Positions 1 to 11,751 of a DNA stretch of 64,000 bases are shown here, in pieces; position 1 is the first letter of the stretch; every line of letters starts with the position of its first letter. Source of the stretch: Octopus sinensis (taxonomy: Eukaryota). Where the stretch lies: NCBI RefSeq assembly GCF_006345805.1, contig NC_043004.1:992001-1056000 (forward strand). The letters are read 5' to 3'. Under the pieces are notes generated by a model, which was not told the origin of the DNA, searched no databases, and saw only the letters and a list, made by a program, of their open reading frames with translations. Both the position numbers and the translations under genes were made by a program.

Positions 1-30
1 CATTTCGAGCCTATGCTCTTCAGCAGAAAG
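1..30 (-). ncRNA. Hammerhead-ribozyme-like motif, A6C core variant, truncated by the window edge
   Basis: Minus strand CTTT-CTGCTGA-A-GAGC-ATAG-GCTC-GAAA-TG; same family as 39831-39866. Confidence 0.4.
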
Positions 31-589
31 GGACACAGAAAAAAACAGGGAGAGAAAAAAAATATGTGTAGTGGCTACCGATCTATCATGGCAACTGCTG
101 GACAGAAGGGTCACACAGGAGAGTGAAGAAGTAGGGGAGATAACAAAGTAAAGATGACCCCCCCCCCCCAAAAAAAAAACGAAGGTGCATGTGTGTATAA
201 GAGAGTATGTATGTGCATGTGAAAGAGGGCTGGTGGTGTTTCTGGTATAAATTGATAGCACTAAGAAATATTACTGGTCCCTGGCACACTGGAAAAAAAA
301 AAACTGCCAGTAGGCCACATCAGATAGTTTGAGAAGCACTGTGGTAGGGGACACCACATGGTTAATATAATTGATCTGTGGTTATTGTTTAGCCCTGAGT
401 CAGTACTGAGCAGACCTATGAACAAAGGGGGATTCAACCATGACCATCCCATCTTACTTCCTTCACCCTTGGAAGGAAACTGGAGACCTGAGCTACACCC
501 CTAAGTTCTAGTTAGTGGTAACAAACAAGTGACAGATTAAGAATAATAAATTTCTCAATTGGCACACAACCATGGTCCCTCAATTCAAG

Positions 590-1018
590 TACCCTATGCT
601 GTATGGAAGTGAAACATGGTATCTGAGGGGGTGGGAAGAGATGGCAATTTTGAGAAGGACCAAGAGAGCAATGGTGAGAGAAATGTGTGATGCTGGGGTT
701 GGGGAATCGGTGGAATGGCGGGCTAGGGTGAATGGAGTGTAGTGGTATGGGGGTGTGCTGAGGAGGGATGAGGAGTGTGTTCTGAGGAGGGTGCTAGAAT
801 TTGCGGTAAAAGGACCGCGAAAGCGAGGTAGACCGAGGAAAAGGTGGAGGGGACAGGTGGTGGAGGAGGAGATTGGGAGGGTTGGCTTTAGAAGGGAGGA
901 CGCTCGAAACTGGGCAAGATGTTGTGACGGCGGTTGCTATGGCACTGAGGTAGATCCGGCCACTCCTGTTAACGGGGACAAAACCTGGATTTAAAACACA
1001 GAATGATGATGATGATGA
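590..1018 (+). mobile_element. RTE-clade LINE 3' fragment (degenerate ORF C-terminus, short 3' UTR, (GAT)n tail)
   Basis: Translates to MLYGSETW and GPRKRGRPRKRW, typical RTE ORF C-terminal motifs. Ends in atgatgatg. Confidence 0.75.
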
Positions 1019-1583
1019 GTTGTGTATGTATGTGTTTGTTTATATTCGTGTATAGTCGAGTGTGTGTGTGTGCACGTGTGTGTGTAACTGTATTACTTTC
1101 ATATTTGTAAGAGATTACATGGAAGAGTTGAGTGTATGTATGTACGTATATACCGCGCCCCCCCACTGCCACTCTAACTACACCACATTACAATCCGTGC
1201 ATTGTGTGTTTAACAACCAACTGGTTCAAGTCAACAACAGCATGTCAAGTGCAGTCTTAACATGCTGGGAAAATTGCCTTTAATTCTCTCCCTGTCACTC
1301 ACTCTCTCACACACTCACTCTCTCTCTCTCACTCCCTCACTGACTCACTCTCTCTCACTCACTTTCTCTCTCTTACTCACTCTCTCTCTCACTCACTCCC
1401 CCTCACCCTATCTAATTCTTGTAATGTGTATGTGTCAGAGATTGTTATTTTTGTTTGGACACCCCCCTCCACCTTTCCTCCTTGACATCAACGATTCAAC
1501 CAATCCAGTGTTATAACCAAACTCTCTCTCTCTCTCTCTCTCTTTCCCTCCTTCTCTCTCTCTCTATCTTCCTCCCCCTCCCC

Positions 1584-1624
<41 letters not shown>

Positions 1625-1894
1625 CCAAGTATTTGGTGATCTTTCCACTTAATTCGGTCCCTGACCTCTCAATTGTTATTTCATCTGTTATTCCAGGTTA
1701 GAAGGGGTTAAATGAAACTTGTTGATGCAGATTCTCTACGGCCAAAACGCTACACAGTGTCGCACCTTGGGTAACGATCTTCAACTAAAATATTTTCCAG
1801 ACATGTTTCCACAAAATATTACAAATGAATGAACGACATGACACTAATTACTGTTGTATGACCCATTTACAATTATCATGTGACATCAAGACAA

Positions 1895-1936
<42 letters not shown>

Positions 1937-1972
1937 CATACAAGAGAAAGAAAATGGAATTCATGGAACATT

Positions 1973-2094
1973 TTATTCAGAACCACGATCATTTTGAGCC
2001 ATCGTGCACCAGTTCCCAGCAGGTGTGATGCTGTATGGAGACTTGGGTAACTTTTCATAAAGTACCTTGGTTTTACTCGCCGTTTCACTAGTTT
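1973..2094 (-). CDS. Candidate terminal coding exon (F): (E)TSETASKTKVLYEKLPKSPYSITPAGNWCTMAQNDRGSE*
   Basis: Acceptor TGCATTGTTACAG, phase 1, open for 39 further codons to TAA at 1975-1973. An internal donor AAG/GTACTT would make it a 29-nt internal exon instead. Confidence 0.35.
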
Positions 2095-2402
2095 CTGTAA
2101 CAATGCATTTTGGAGACAGTACGCTGCAATTACCAAAATGCATTGCTATAGAAATAAGTGAAATAGTGAATAAAAAAAATGAGATGTTTTTGAAAAGTCA
2201 CCTGAGGAGGTGCATCTACACCTACAATGCATCAGAACTATTTATACATCATCTCACCTGCAAAATATCAGTGCATGATGAGCGGAAACGATTGTAGTGG
2301 TTCTGAATAAAGAGTCACGTGAACTCCATTTTCTTTACCTCATATTTTTTATAAACTCTATGGATATGAAAGGATTCCTGAAGCAAATCCAGTGGCACAT
2401 AC

Positions 2403-2436
2403 CTCCATACTGATGTTGACACCAGGTAGCCAAATA
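2403..2436 (-). CDS. Micro-exon (E), 34 nt, phase 0-1: YLATWCQHQYG
   Basis: Acceptor CTTGTTTACAG and donor GAG/GTATGT. Phase consistent with exon D. Confidence 0.55.
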
Positions 2437-2559
2437 CTGTAAACAAGCTTTATACAACAGTATAAAATAAGCTGCATACCCAAATATAAAATTATTACAT
2501 ACATATAATATATATACATATTTGGATAATGATGATGTTATGACCATTTAATAATAATA

Positions 2560-2702
2560 ATAACAACATCGAAAAATACCTTAGGAATGAGAACCCAGGT
2601 TCGAAATTTCCCCAAGACACCTGATGAAGGCAGGAGGGTATATCAGCCGAAACGTTGTGTTAACAACAAACAAGATGAGGACAAATATCCATCAAATGTA
2701 AA
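2560..2702 (+). mobile_element. Penelope-like terminal-repeat fragment (family E) carrying a minimal hammerhead motif at 2616-2661
   Basis: Near-identical to 32761-32910 (inverted) and 33058-33225. Motif GACAC-CTGATGA-A-GGCAG...CAGCC-GAAA-CG-T-T-GTGTT. The Penelope assignment is inferred from the known PLE-hammerhead association. Confidence 0.6.
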
Positions 2703-2704
2703 GC

Positions 2705-3098
2705 TGACCTCTGTGCTGATGGCACGTTTAAAAGCACCATCCGAGCATGATCGTTACCTGTGTCGCCTTACTAGCACTTGTGCTGGCGGCATGTGAAAAA
2801 ACATTTGAGCAAGGTTGTTGCCAGTGCCGCTGGACTGGCTCCTGTGCAGGTGGCACATAAAAGGCACCATTTGAGCGTGGCCATTGCCAGTACTGCCAGA
2901 TTGGCCTTTGTCCGGTGGCACGTAAAAGCACCCACTACATTCTTGAAGTGGTTGGCATTAGGAAGGGCATCTAGCTGTAGAAACTCTGCCAGATCAGACT
3001 GGAGCCTGGTGCAGCCATCTGGTTTGCCAGTCCTCAGTCAAATCGTCCAACCCATGCTAGCATGGAAAGTGGACGTTAAACAACGATGATGATGATGA
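2705..3098 (+). mobile_element. RTE LINE 3' UTR fragment (family B)
   Basis: Diverged internal units, then GGTTGGCATTAGGAAGGGCATC and CCATGCTAGCATGGAAAG..GGACGTTAAA(GAT)n. The same sequence follows RTE coding remnants at 28633-30495. Confidence 0.8.
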
Positions 3099-3349
3099 TT
3101 CTACTTTGCGGATTTTAACCTGTCGCGGGGGATTTTGGAACATAACACCCGTGATATTCAAGGGAGTACTGTATTCATGTTTCCATCAGATTATATCCCT
3201 CAGCATTTCAAAATCCATTTTAACATCAATCACATCCAACGAAACCTACAATGTGAATGGACGACCACAAATTATGTGTGATGAGAACCTTTCCTTCTCT
3301 TTGAACACAATGACAAAAACAGAACATACTCCATCTGTGAGCTTTGGTA

Positions 3350-4030
3350 TGCTGTGGTTAAGAAACTTGTTTTGCAGCCTTGGGCTTTCCGGTTCAGTTC
3401 CACTGCATGGCACCCTGGGTGAATCTCTTCTACTAAGGCTCTCGACCAAAATGATGCCTTGTGATTGAATTTGGTAGACGGACACTGTGTGCAAGTAAGA
3501 CCCCACCATCATGAATATATAAATGTGTGTGTGTGTGTGCGTTTGTGGTTGTGGGTGTATAAGTGTGTGTGTATGTGTGTGTGCATGTGTATGTTTGTGG
3601 TTGTGGGTGTATGTGTGTGTGTGTGTGTGAGTGCATATGTGTGTGCGTGTGAGTGTATATGTGTGTGCGTGTGTGTTTGAGGGTGTATGAATGTGTGTGT
3701 CTATGTGTGTGCATGCACGTGCATGTTTGTGGTTGTGGGTGTATGAATGTGTGTGTATGTTTGTGGTTGTGGGTGTATGAATGTGTGTGTATGTTTGTGG
3801 TTGTGGGTGTATGAGTGCGTGTGTGCGTGTTGGTGTGAGTGCTTGCACCTGTCCCCACCACTGCTGGATAACCAGTGTTGGTTCGTTTACATCTCCATGA
3901 CTTAATGGTTAGGTTAAAGAATCAGACAGAATAAGTGTCAGATGTAAAATACACCCTGGGGTCAATTTGTTTGACTAACTGCAAGGAGGTGGGGCTCCAG
4001 CATGGCCACACACCAATCACTGAAACAAAT
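3350..4030 (+). mobile_element. Old, diverged tRNA-headed SINE (family A relative) with an expanded internal (TG)n
   Basis: Head and core resemble family A. TG-rich tract at about 3520-3840. Tail GCTCCAGCATGGCC...CACTGAAAC. Confidence 0.6.
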
Positions 4031-4123
4031 ACGAGTAAATATACTAATCTGTTACTTTGGTAAAAATGCCCCAAATTTAATTAGTTATATCCACTGCAGG
4101 ACTTAATTAGTATTTTATTTTAA

Positions 4124-4655
4124 TAAAGGTGGCAAGCTGGCAGAAACGTTAGCATGCCAAGCAAAATGCTAAGCGGTATTTCATCAGTCTTTACGTTCTG
4201 AGTTCAAATTCCACTAATGTCGACTTTGCCTTTCATTCTTTCAGGGTCAATAAATTAAGTACCAGTTGCATACTGGGGTCAATTTGATCAACTGCTCCCC
4301 CCCACCCCAAAAAAATTTCGGGCCTTGTGCCTAGAGTAGAAAAGAATATTTCTTCTGTTTAAGGCAGCGAGCTGGCAGAAACATTAGCACGCTGGTCAAA
4401 ATGCTTACCGGTATGTCGTCTGCCGCTACGTTCTGAGTTCAAATTCCGCCGAGGTCAACTTTGCCTTTCATCCTTTCGGGGTCGACTAAATAAGTACCAG
4501 TTATGCACTGGGGTTGATATAATCGAATTAATCTGTTTGTCTGTCCTTGTTTGTCCCCTCTGTGCTTAGCCCCTTGTGGGTAGTAAAGAAATAAGTATGT
4601 TGTCAGTCTTTATATTCTGAGTTCAAATTCCACTGAGGTCGACTTTGCCTTTCAT
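4124..4655 (+). mobile_element. Tandem cluster of family D SINEs (two near-full copies plus a fragment)
   Basis: Three repeats of TTCTGAGTTCAAATTCC...GTC(G/A)ACTTTGCCTTTCAT; B-box-like GAGTTCAAATTCC. Confidence 0.75.
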
Positions 4656-5756
4656 ATATTGCTAGCTGGAATGGATTCTGGCCATCTCTCTGGTGACCGG
4701 TTATTTGTAACTGAGGATGAGCAAAATAGCTCAAAAACAAATTGGTCTTGCGATCTTGTTGTCTGCTAGAGAATGGTAGGGATTTGCTTCCTTGCTGGCA
4801 ATATATATATATATGAATGTATGGGGTGTAGATCCGCCTGGGGTTAAACTAGTAGTAACATTGATCAGCCATATTGATGTGGCGATTAATTTAAGTTGTT
4901 AGTAAAATTTGAATAATGGTATTAAAAAGACAATTTAAAAACAAAAAAAAAAACTAGAAAAAATTTTTTATGGAGAACAAGTTGAAACAGAATTGATCTT
5001 AGACTATGTAACAGTAACAACAGATTACTCAGTAAGGGAACCTCTACATGGATACTTGACATGCTAGAAATAGCAGCTATACATTCCCCTCAAACAACAA
5101 ATTAACTTATAAACGAAAGGAAAGGGACACATTGGATAATGTAGTCCTTCATTGTCTGGAAACAAGATTGGTGGTCCCTGCTGGAGCACTTAGTCCACAC
5201 GTCTGTTTGCACACTCAAGGTTTGACTGAGACTCAGCTACGACAGTAAACAAGAACTTTGAGTGATAGATATGTTAAAGAGAAAAACTATTTCTGTATTC
5301 TGATCAAATAAAAAAAAAACTCAATCTCTCTCACTATTGCTCTCTTTATCCAACACAATGACTCGGCCGCTTTTCTATGTCTTACCCACTCACTCACCCA
5401 CTTTTCTTTTCCAGCAGGAGTATCTATGTATCTGTTCCACAGCAAGACACTTACCCCTCTCCCCTCTACACCTTTACTATCTCCCTTAACTGGCACAAAG
5501 CCACCACCACCCTCACAACAACTCCCTCCTCCCAGCCATGTCTTAGAGATCTTGTTGGTGCTGGTGTCACGTAAAAAGCACCCTGTATATTCTGTGAAGG
5601 GGTTGGCATTAGAAAGGACATCCAGCCATAGGAACCATGCAAAAACACACATGGAAACCTGATGTGTCTTGGCCTTACCAGCTCTTGACCAACTGCCCAA
5701 CCCATGCCAGCATGGAAAACGGACATTAAATGATGATGATGATGTTGAAAGGTTGT

Positions 5757-6740
5757 AGGCGCAGGAGTGGCTGTGTGGTAAGTAGCTTGCTTACCAGGCA
5801 CATGGTTCCAGGTTCATTCCTACTGCGTGGCACCTTGGGCAAGTGTCTGCTACTATAGCCTCACGCCAACCAAAGCCCTGTGAGTAGATTTGGTAGACGG
5901 AAACTGAAAGAAGCCCGTCGTATGGCCCCTACCTGGGACGTAGTCAGTCCACCTGTGCATACCTTCCTTCTTGTGACACTTGTGAAGACCTGTTGAGGCA
6001 AGTGAAAATCAAAACAAATCAAAATAGATGAACATCATGGAATTTGTATCTTTGTGGTACCAGTGCCGGTGGCATGTGGCACACAAGAAAACCATCCGAA
6101 CGTGGCCGTAGCCAGTACCGCATCGACTGGCCTCCGTGCTGTGGCACGTAACAAGCACCATCCGATCGTGGCCGTTTGCCAGCTCATCTGGCACCTGTGT
6201 CGGTGGCACATAAAAACACCATCCGAGCGTGGCCGTCTGCCAGCCTCGTCCTGGCACTGTCGGTGGCACGTAAAAACACCTCCGAGCGTGGCCGGTTTGC
6301 CAGCCTCGTCTGCACCTGTGGTCGGTGGCACATAAAATCACCAACACTACACTCTCGGAGTGGTTGGCGTTAGGAAGGGCATCCAGTGGTAGAAACACTG
6401 CCAGATCTGACTGACTGGTGCAGCTTTCGGGCCCCCAACCCCAGTGAACCGTCCAACCCATGCTAGCATGGAAAGCGGACTTTAAATGATGATGATGATA
6501 TGATATATATTATATTGTGTGTGTGTGTTGTGTGTGTTTGTGTGTCTGAGTTGTCCCCCTAACATCGCTTGACAACCGATGGTGGTGTGTTTACGTCCAC
6601 GTAACAGTAGCAGTTTGGCAAAAGAAACCGATGCGATAAGTACTAGGCTTTCAAAGAATAAGTCCTGGGGTCGATTTGCTCGACTAAAGGTGGTGCTCCA
6701 ACATGGCTGCAGTCAAATGACTGAAATGAGTAAAAGAGTT
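5757..6740 (+). mobile_element. Family A SINE split by an RTE 3' UTR insertion (about 5923-6500)
   Basis: The 5' half (GGCGCAGGAGTGGCTGTGTGG...CCTTGGGCAAGTG...GAAGCCCGTCGTAT) resumes as the 3' half after the insert's (GAT)n tail. Confidence 0.8.
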
Positions 6741-6793
6741 TAGCAATAAACAACGAAGCAATCACAAAACAAACAAAAAGGCTTAATACTTAC

Positions 6794-6889
6794 TTCAATA
6801 CAATCTTCATCGGAACAGGCATCAAACTCGCAGAGAAAAGCTTTGTTTAATTTGTTTCTGAGAATCTCGTAACTAGAGATGGATTTGTG
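6794..6889 (-). CDS. Internal exon (D), 96 nt, phase 0-0: HKSISSYEILRNKLNKAFLCEFDACSDEDCIE
   Basis: Acceptor TCTCTTTTACAG and donor GAA/GTAAGT, with 32 open codons. Confidence 0.72.
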
Positions 6890-6967
6890 CTGTAAAAGAG
6901 ATTACACAGTTAAATTAATTACTATCAGAGTGAGAGAGAAGGAGAGAGAGCATACAAAAGTGGTGTG

Positions 6968-7933
6968 TATGTGTGTGTGCACAGGTATAGGTAGCGGACA
7001 TAGGCTGTTGCAATATCTTGTCCTATATCTTGATGGCAAATTTGAAGTCTTTGGCACTATGCAGTGGCGCCCTGTTTTAGTTTTATTTTAACTCTTGATG
7101 CCAAAGTTTGGGACAAGTCCCTTGAGGATCTTCCAGATGTATATTATGGCATATCTTTCTCGCCTATGCTCTAAGGAATAGAGTCGTAATCTCTTGAGTC
7201 TTTCCCAGTAGCTTATATGTTGCATAGAGGCTATCTTCTTTGTGTAGCTTTATTGGAATGCCTCAAGTTCTGCAATTAATTTGACACTGGTTGGTGACCA
7301 TGGCTGGGAGCAATAGTCAAAGTGGCTTAGGACAAGTGTCCTCCAGAGGACCATCATGGTTTCCTGCTCTCTCGTTCTAAAAGTTCTAAGAATTCATCCA
7401 GTCAGCCGCCTGCATTTCATTGCCAATTTAGCAACATGCACATAGATGGATGCATCATTACTCATATAAATGCCCAGGTCTTGCACTGACTGTGTCTCTG
7501 GGACTGCAATCTCTCCAGGTTCAGTATATTTAATGGGTATTGCATTTAGTTTCGTATGCTGATAGCACAAGGCTTGAAACTGCATGCTATTCTTCTCAGC
7601 CCATTTTGTGATGGTGGCCTTCTATGTGGAAGAGGGCATATCTGAGAGGGTCATTATGAACAGTAGTGGTCCCAAAACAGTGCCTCATGGAACATCGCTC
7701 ACTATTTGCATGTCATTGGCAGTGGCCTCATTGGTTACTACCACCTGACTTCTATCCTTCAGAAAGTCATGCAGCCATTCTCTCAATCTGTTGACTATGC
7801 TGAGGTTATGCAGTTTGGAACATCATTCCATGATCAACTATATCGAAGGCCTTTGCAAAATTGAGATACTTCACATCCACATTTGAGTGGTTGAGCAGCT
7901 GTTTCAGCACCCAGTCATAGTGTTATAAGAGCC
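6968..7933 (-). mobile_element. Degenerate copy of the CR1-like LINE at 11752-14760 (RT and C-terminal region)
   Basis: Reverse complement matches about 13440-14420 with indels, e.g. MQFQALCYQHTKLNAIP and KLAMKCRRLTG. Confidence 0.85.
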
Positions 7934-7960
7934 ATGTCAGGCAGCTTCTTCCTGGTTGGA

Positions 7961-8300
7961 AGCAAATCGACCCCAGGACTTATTCTTTGGAAGCCTAGTA
8001 CTTATTCTGTCAGTCTCTTTTGCCGAACCGCTAAGTTACGGGGACCTAAACACACCAGCATCAGTTGTCAAGCGATGTTGGGGGGACAAACACAGACACA
8101 CAAACATATACACACACATAGATATATATATATATACGATGGGCTTCTTTCAGTTTCTGTCTACCAAATCCACTCACAAGGCTTTGGTCGGCCTGAGGCT
8201 ATAGTAGAAGACACTTGCCCAAGGTGTCACGCAGTGAGACTGAACCCGGAACCATGTGGTTGGTGAGCAAGCTACTTACCACACAGCCACTCCTACGCCT
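7961..8300 (-). mobile_element. Family A tRNA-headed, CORE-like SINE
   Basis: Reverse complement of the consensus seen at 42468-42982 and 54181-54583. Confidence 0.85.
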
Positions 8301-9711
8301 ATCTGTCTTTTCTGTTAACAAAGTACGCCCAAATGTCGAGCTCAGAAGATAACAATGAGCATGAATCTTCCATGAGAAGCTTGGATACATCAGGATGAGA
8401 GTACAAACTCGTCTGATAAATGAAACGTTTTCCCCAAAAACAGTTGCTGGGGAAGAGGTTAATATTATTTTTGTATGGTTGCTTATTTACTCTTCCTCAT
8501 ACTTTTGTCATATCATATTTCCAAATCTGGACACCAATCCATTAATCGCTAATTAATGAAGTTAACATTTTCATTAACGATTTAACTTTTAAATTAACAT
8601 TGGAAATCATTATCGGACTAATTAACTTCTGTCATATTTAACTTCCATTAACCCAAGTCAACTTGATTTAATTTCCACTACCCTCAATTTAAGTGAAGAT
8701 AATGAATTTTATAGTTCTGGCACATTTTAGAGCAAAAACTGTTTTTTTATGTTTTTCTATAATAAAAATTAATGTTAATGGTTTATCAATAACTTCTGTT
8801 ACATTTCGTTTTTGGATTTGGTTTGCAAAATTCTTTATATGAGTTCGTGTGTTGAAGCATATTCTATTGTGTCTGGGGAGAGTCACTTTCTTTTTGTACC
8901 TTATAATGTAACACACTCACTGGTAAAATTTCCACTTTTTTCTTATTTTTACTGTCCTAAAATTTTCATTGCGTCTTGCAACCTTTTCAATAGTTTTAAA
9001 AGAATTAATTGATTGACAGTTATCAAAGTTGATTTTTTCGTTAACGAATTAATGGTTAATGAAGTTAACTTTTCGATTAATGTTGCCCACCTTTGCTTAT
9101 TTCTTCCCTTTCTCTGCATTCTTCAAATCAACTTGCTCAGAGATACCATAAACATTAAAAATGCCATTTTTTTGTGCATTTTAACTTCCCAACACCTGGC
9201 ACGACTCCATCAACTCCACCGCTTCTCAAATATCACAGCTAAAATCCATGGCCAAGGAGGCTTTTCCTTTGGCCTTTCCCTGTCCTTCTTCTGTCTTGTG
9301 AGTTATTTGGCACCTTCACCGGTGACAGTCACACCAAAAAAGCATCCAACACCTTTTATAAGGTGGTTGATATCAACCGTAGAAACCATGCAAAAGCTGA
9401 CACTGGAACTCAATGCAGCCCTGCAGCTCACTGGGTCCTGTCAAATTGTTCAACCCATGCCAGCATGGAAAAGCAAATGTTAAATGATGATGATAATGAT
9501 GATGATGGATTCCTTTCATAACAGAAAATCTTTGAAGTTTTGGTGAATTTTTACTAAATATTTTTTGCCAGGGAAGATCAGAGGTACTTTCATCAGACTT
9601 TTGTTTATTATATCATTTGGAACTGAAATTTTAAACAGCTGTGTTCTTACAAGTGTCCAATTCAATGAGGCAATGAGGAAAGATTCTGTGATGGCTTAAG
9701 TAGCTAGAAAG

Positions 9712-10190
9712 AGCAGAGAGAGAGAGACAGACAGACAGAGGGGGAGGGAGAGACAGACAGACAGAGGGGGAGGGAGAGACAGACAGACAGAGACAGAGGG
9801 AGAGACAGACAGACAGAGACAGAGAGAAAGAGAGACAGACAGAGACAGAGGGAGAAAGAGACAGACAGAGACAGAGTGAGAGGGAGACAGAGAGAGAGAA
9901 ACAGTCACAGACAGAGGGAGAGAGACAGACAGAGACAGAGATAGACAGAGACAGAGAGAGAGACAGAAAGAGCGAGAGAGAGACAGACAGAGACAGAGAT
10001 AGACAGAGACACAGAGAGAGACAGAAAGAGGGAGAGACAGTCAGAGACAGAGGGAGAGAGACAGATAGAGACAGAGGGAGAGAGAGACAGACAGAGACAG
10101 AGTGAGAGGGAGACAGAGAGAGAGAGACAGAGATAGACAGAGATAGACAGAGGGAGGGAGAGAGAGACAGAGGGAGAGAGATACAGAGAC

Positions 10191-10223
<33 letters not shown>

Positions 10224-10294
10224 GACAGAGGGGGAAACAGACTGACAGAGAGAGAGAGAGAGACAGACAGACAGAGGGAGAGAGATACAGAGAC

Positions 10295-10329
<35 letters not shown>

Positions 10330-10349
10330 GACAGAGGGGGAAACAGACT

Positions 10350-10380
<31 letters not shown>
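9712..10380. repeat. Compound (GA)n/(GACA)n microsatellite
   Basis: Direct reading of the sequence. Confidence 0.95.
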
Positions 10381-10381
<1 letters not shown>

Positions 10382-10938
10382 TTACTAATTGATCATGAAA
10401 CAATCTCAATATATCAAGCTTCTAAGGCGGTGAGCTGACAACGGTGTTAGCATTCCACGCAAAGTGCTAACCAGCACTTTCATTTGTCTTTTCGTTCTGA
10501 GTTCAAATTCTACCAAGGTCTTTTCTACCTTTTATCCTTTCAAGGTTGATAAAATCAACTTGGCTCCTCCCTCAAAACTGCTGGCCTTCAGCTAAAATTT
10601 GAAACCAGCATACCAAGTTTCAGCCAATGATGGAGTTGAGAAGTGATTGGTTGACCAGCAAGGAATAGAAGCTATGTCCCCTTCTGAATCATTCCTTGAT
10701 TTCTAAATAAGGGAATGGCACATTTAAAACACACAGTCAATCAAACAAGACATTGTTTTAGATATATTCTAAAGAGTGGAGGCAGTCACAGCTGAAACGC
10801 CTTCAGTCATGGGTGTGGTCAGTCACAGTTGCTGAAGACAAGTTAAAATCAACAATTATCATGACTCTGACCTTAATTTCTTAAAAGAATTTCAATACTG
10901 AAATTTGACAAAAATGATTACAAATGTGTAAAACTTAC

Positions 10939-10967
10939 CATTTCTACACTGCCCAACTGAATAAAAT
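10939..10967 (-). CDS. Micro-exon (C), 29 nt, phase 1-0: (N)FIQLGSVEM
   Basis: Acceptor TTTATTTTACAG and donor ATG/GTAAGT. The phase bridges exon B (phase 1) and exon D (phase 0). Confidence 0.6.
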
Positions 10968-11208
10968 CTGTAAAATAAATGAAATCTTATTTAGTCAAGA
11001 AACAATAATGTGTGTGTGTGTGTGTGTGTGTGTGCGTGCGTGCATGCATGCGTGTGTGTATGCATGTGAGTCCACACTTTGAGCAAGTGTATTCCACTCT
11101 AAACCTGGCTGACAAGTCTTGTGAGAGGATTTAGTAGTTGAAAACTGAAGGAAGCCAGATACGTGTGTGTGTATATATATGTGTGTGGTGTATATATCTA
11201 TATATATG

Positions 11209-11301
<93 letters not shown>

Positions 11302-11409
11302 TATCATATATTATATATATTTATATATATATATATATATAATATATATATATATGTATATAATATATGTATATATAATAATATATATATATAATGTATA
11401 TATATATGT

Positions 11410-11600
11410 ATCATCATCATCATCATCATCATTTAGCGTCCGTTTTCATGCTAGCATGGGTTGGACGGTTCTACTGGGGTCTGTGAAGCCAGAAGGCTTC
11501 ATCAGCCCAGTCAATCTGGCAGTGTTTCTACGGCTGGATGCCCTTCCTAACGCCAACACTACTCCGTGATGTAGCCACTCCGTGAGTGAGCCCTCCGTGA
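11410..11600 (-). mobile_element. RTE 3' end (family B)
   Basis: (CAT)n-TTTAGCGTCCG...GGATGCCCTTCCTAACGCCAAC. Confidence 0.8.
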
Positions 11601-11698
11601 TGATATATATATATATATATATAATATATATATGTAGCTATATATTATATATAATATATATATATATAGTATATATATATGTATAATATAATATGATA

Positions 11699-11741
<43 letters not shown>

Positions 11742-11751
11742 ATATATATTC

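Noticed and set aside
8520-9095. Possible hAT-like element with GTTAAC-rich subterminal repeats
   Set aside because: Only one TIR-like end (GTTGCCCACCTTTG) is recognisable and there is no TSD.
9100-9235. Minus-strand IFNVYGISE resembling an adenylation-domain motif
   Set aside because: It needs a frameshift, has no splice sites and no other domain motifs; probably chance.
9556-9623. Alternative phase 1-0 exon candidate (PNDIINKSLMKVPLIFPGKKYL)
   Set aside because: Weak donor, and phase-incompatible with the stronger exon C upstream; at most a mutually exclusive option.
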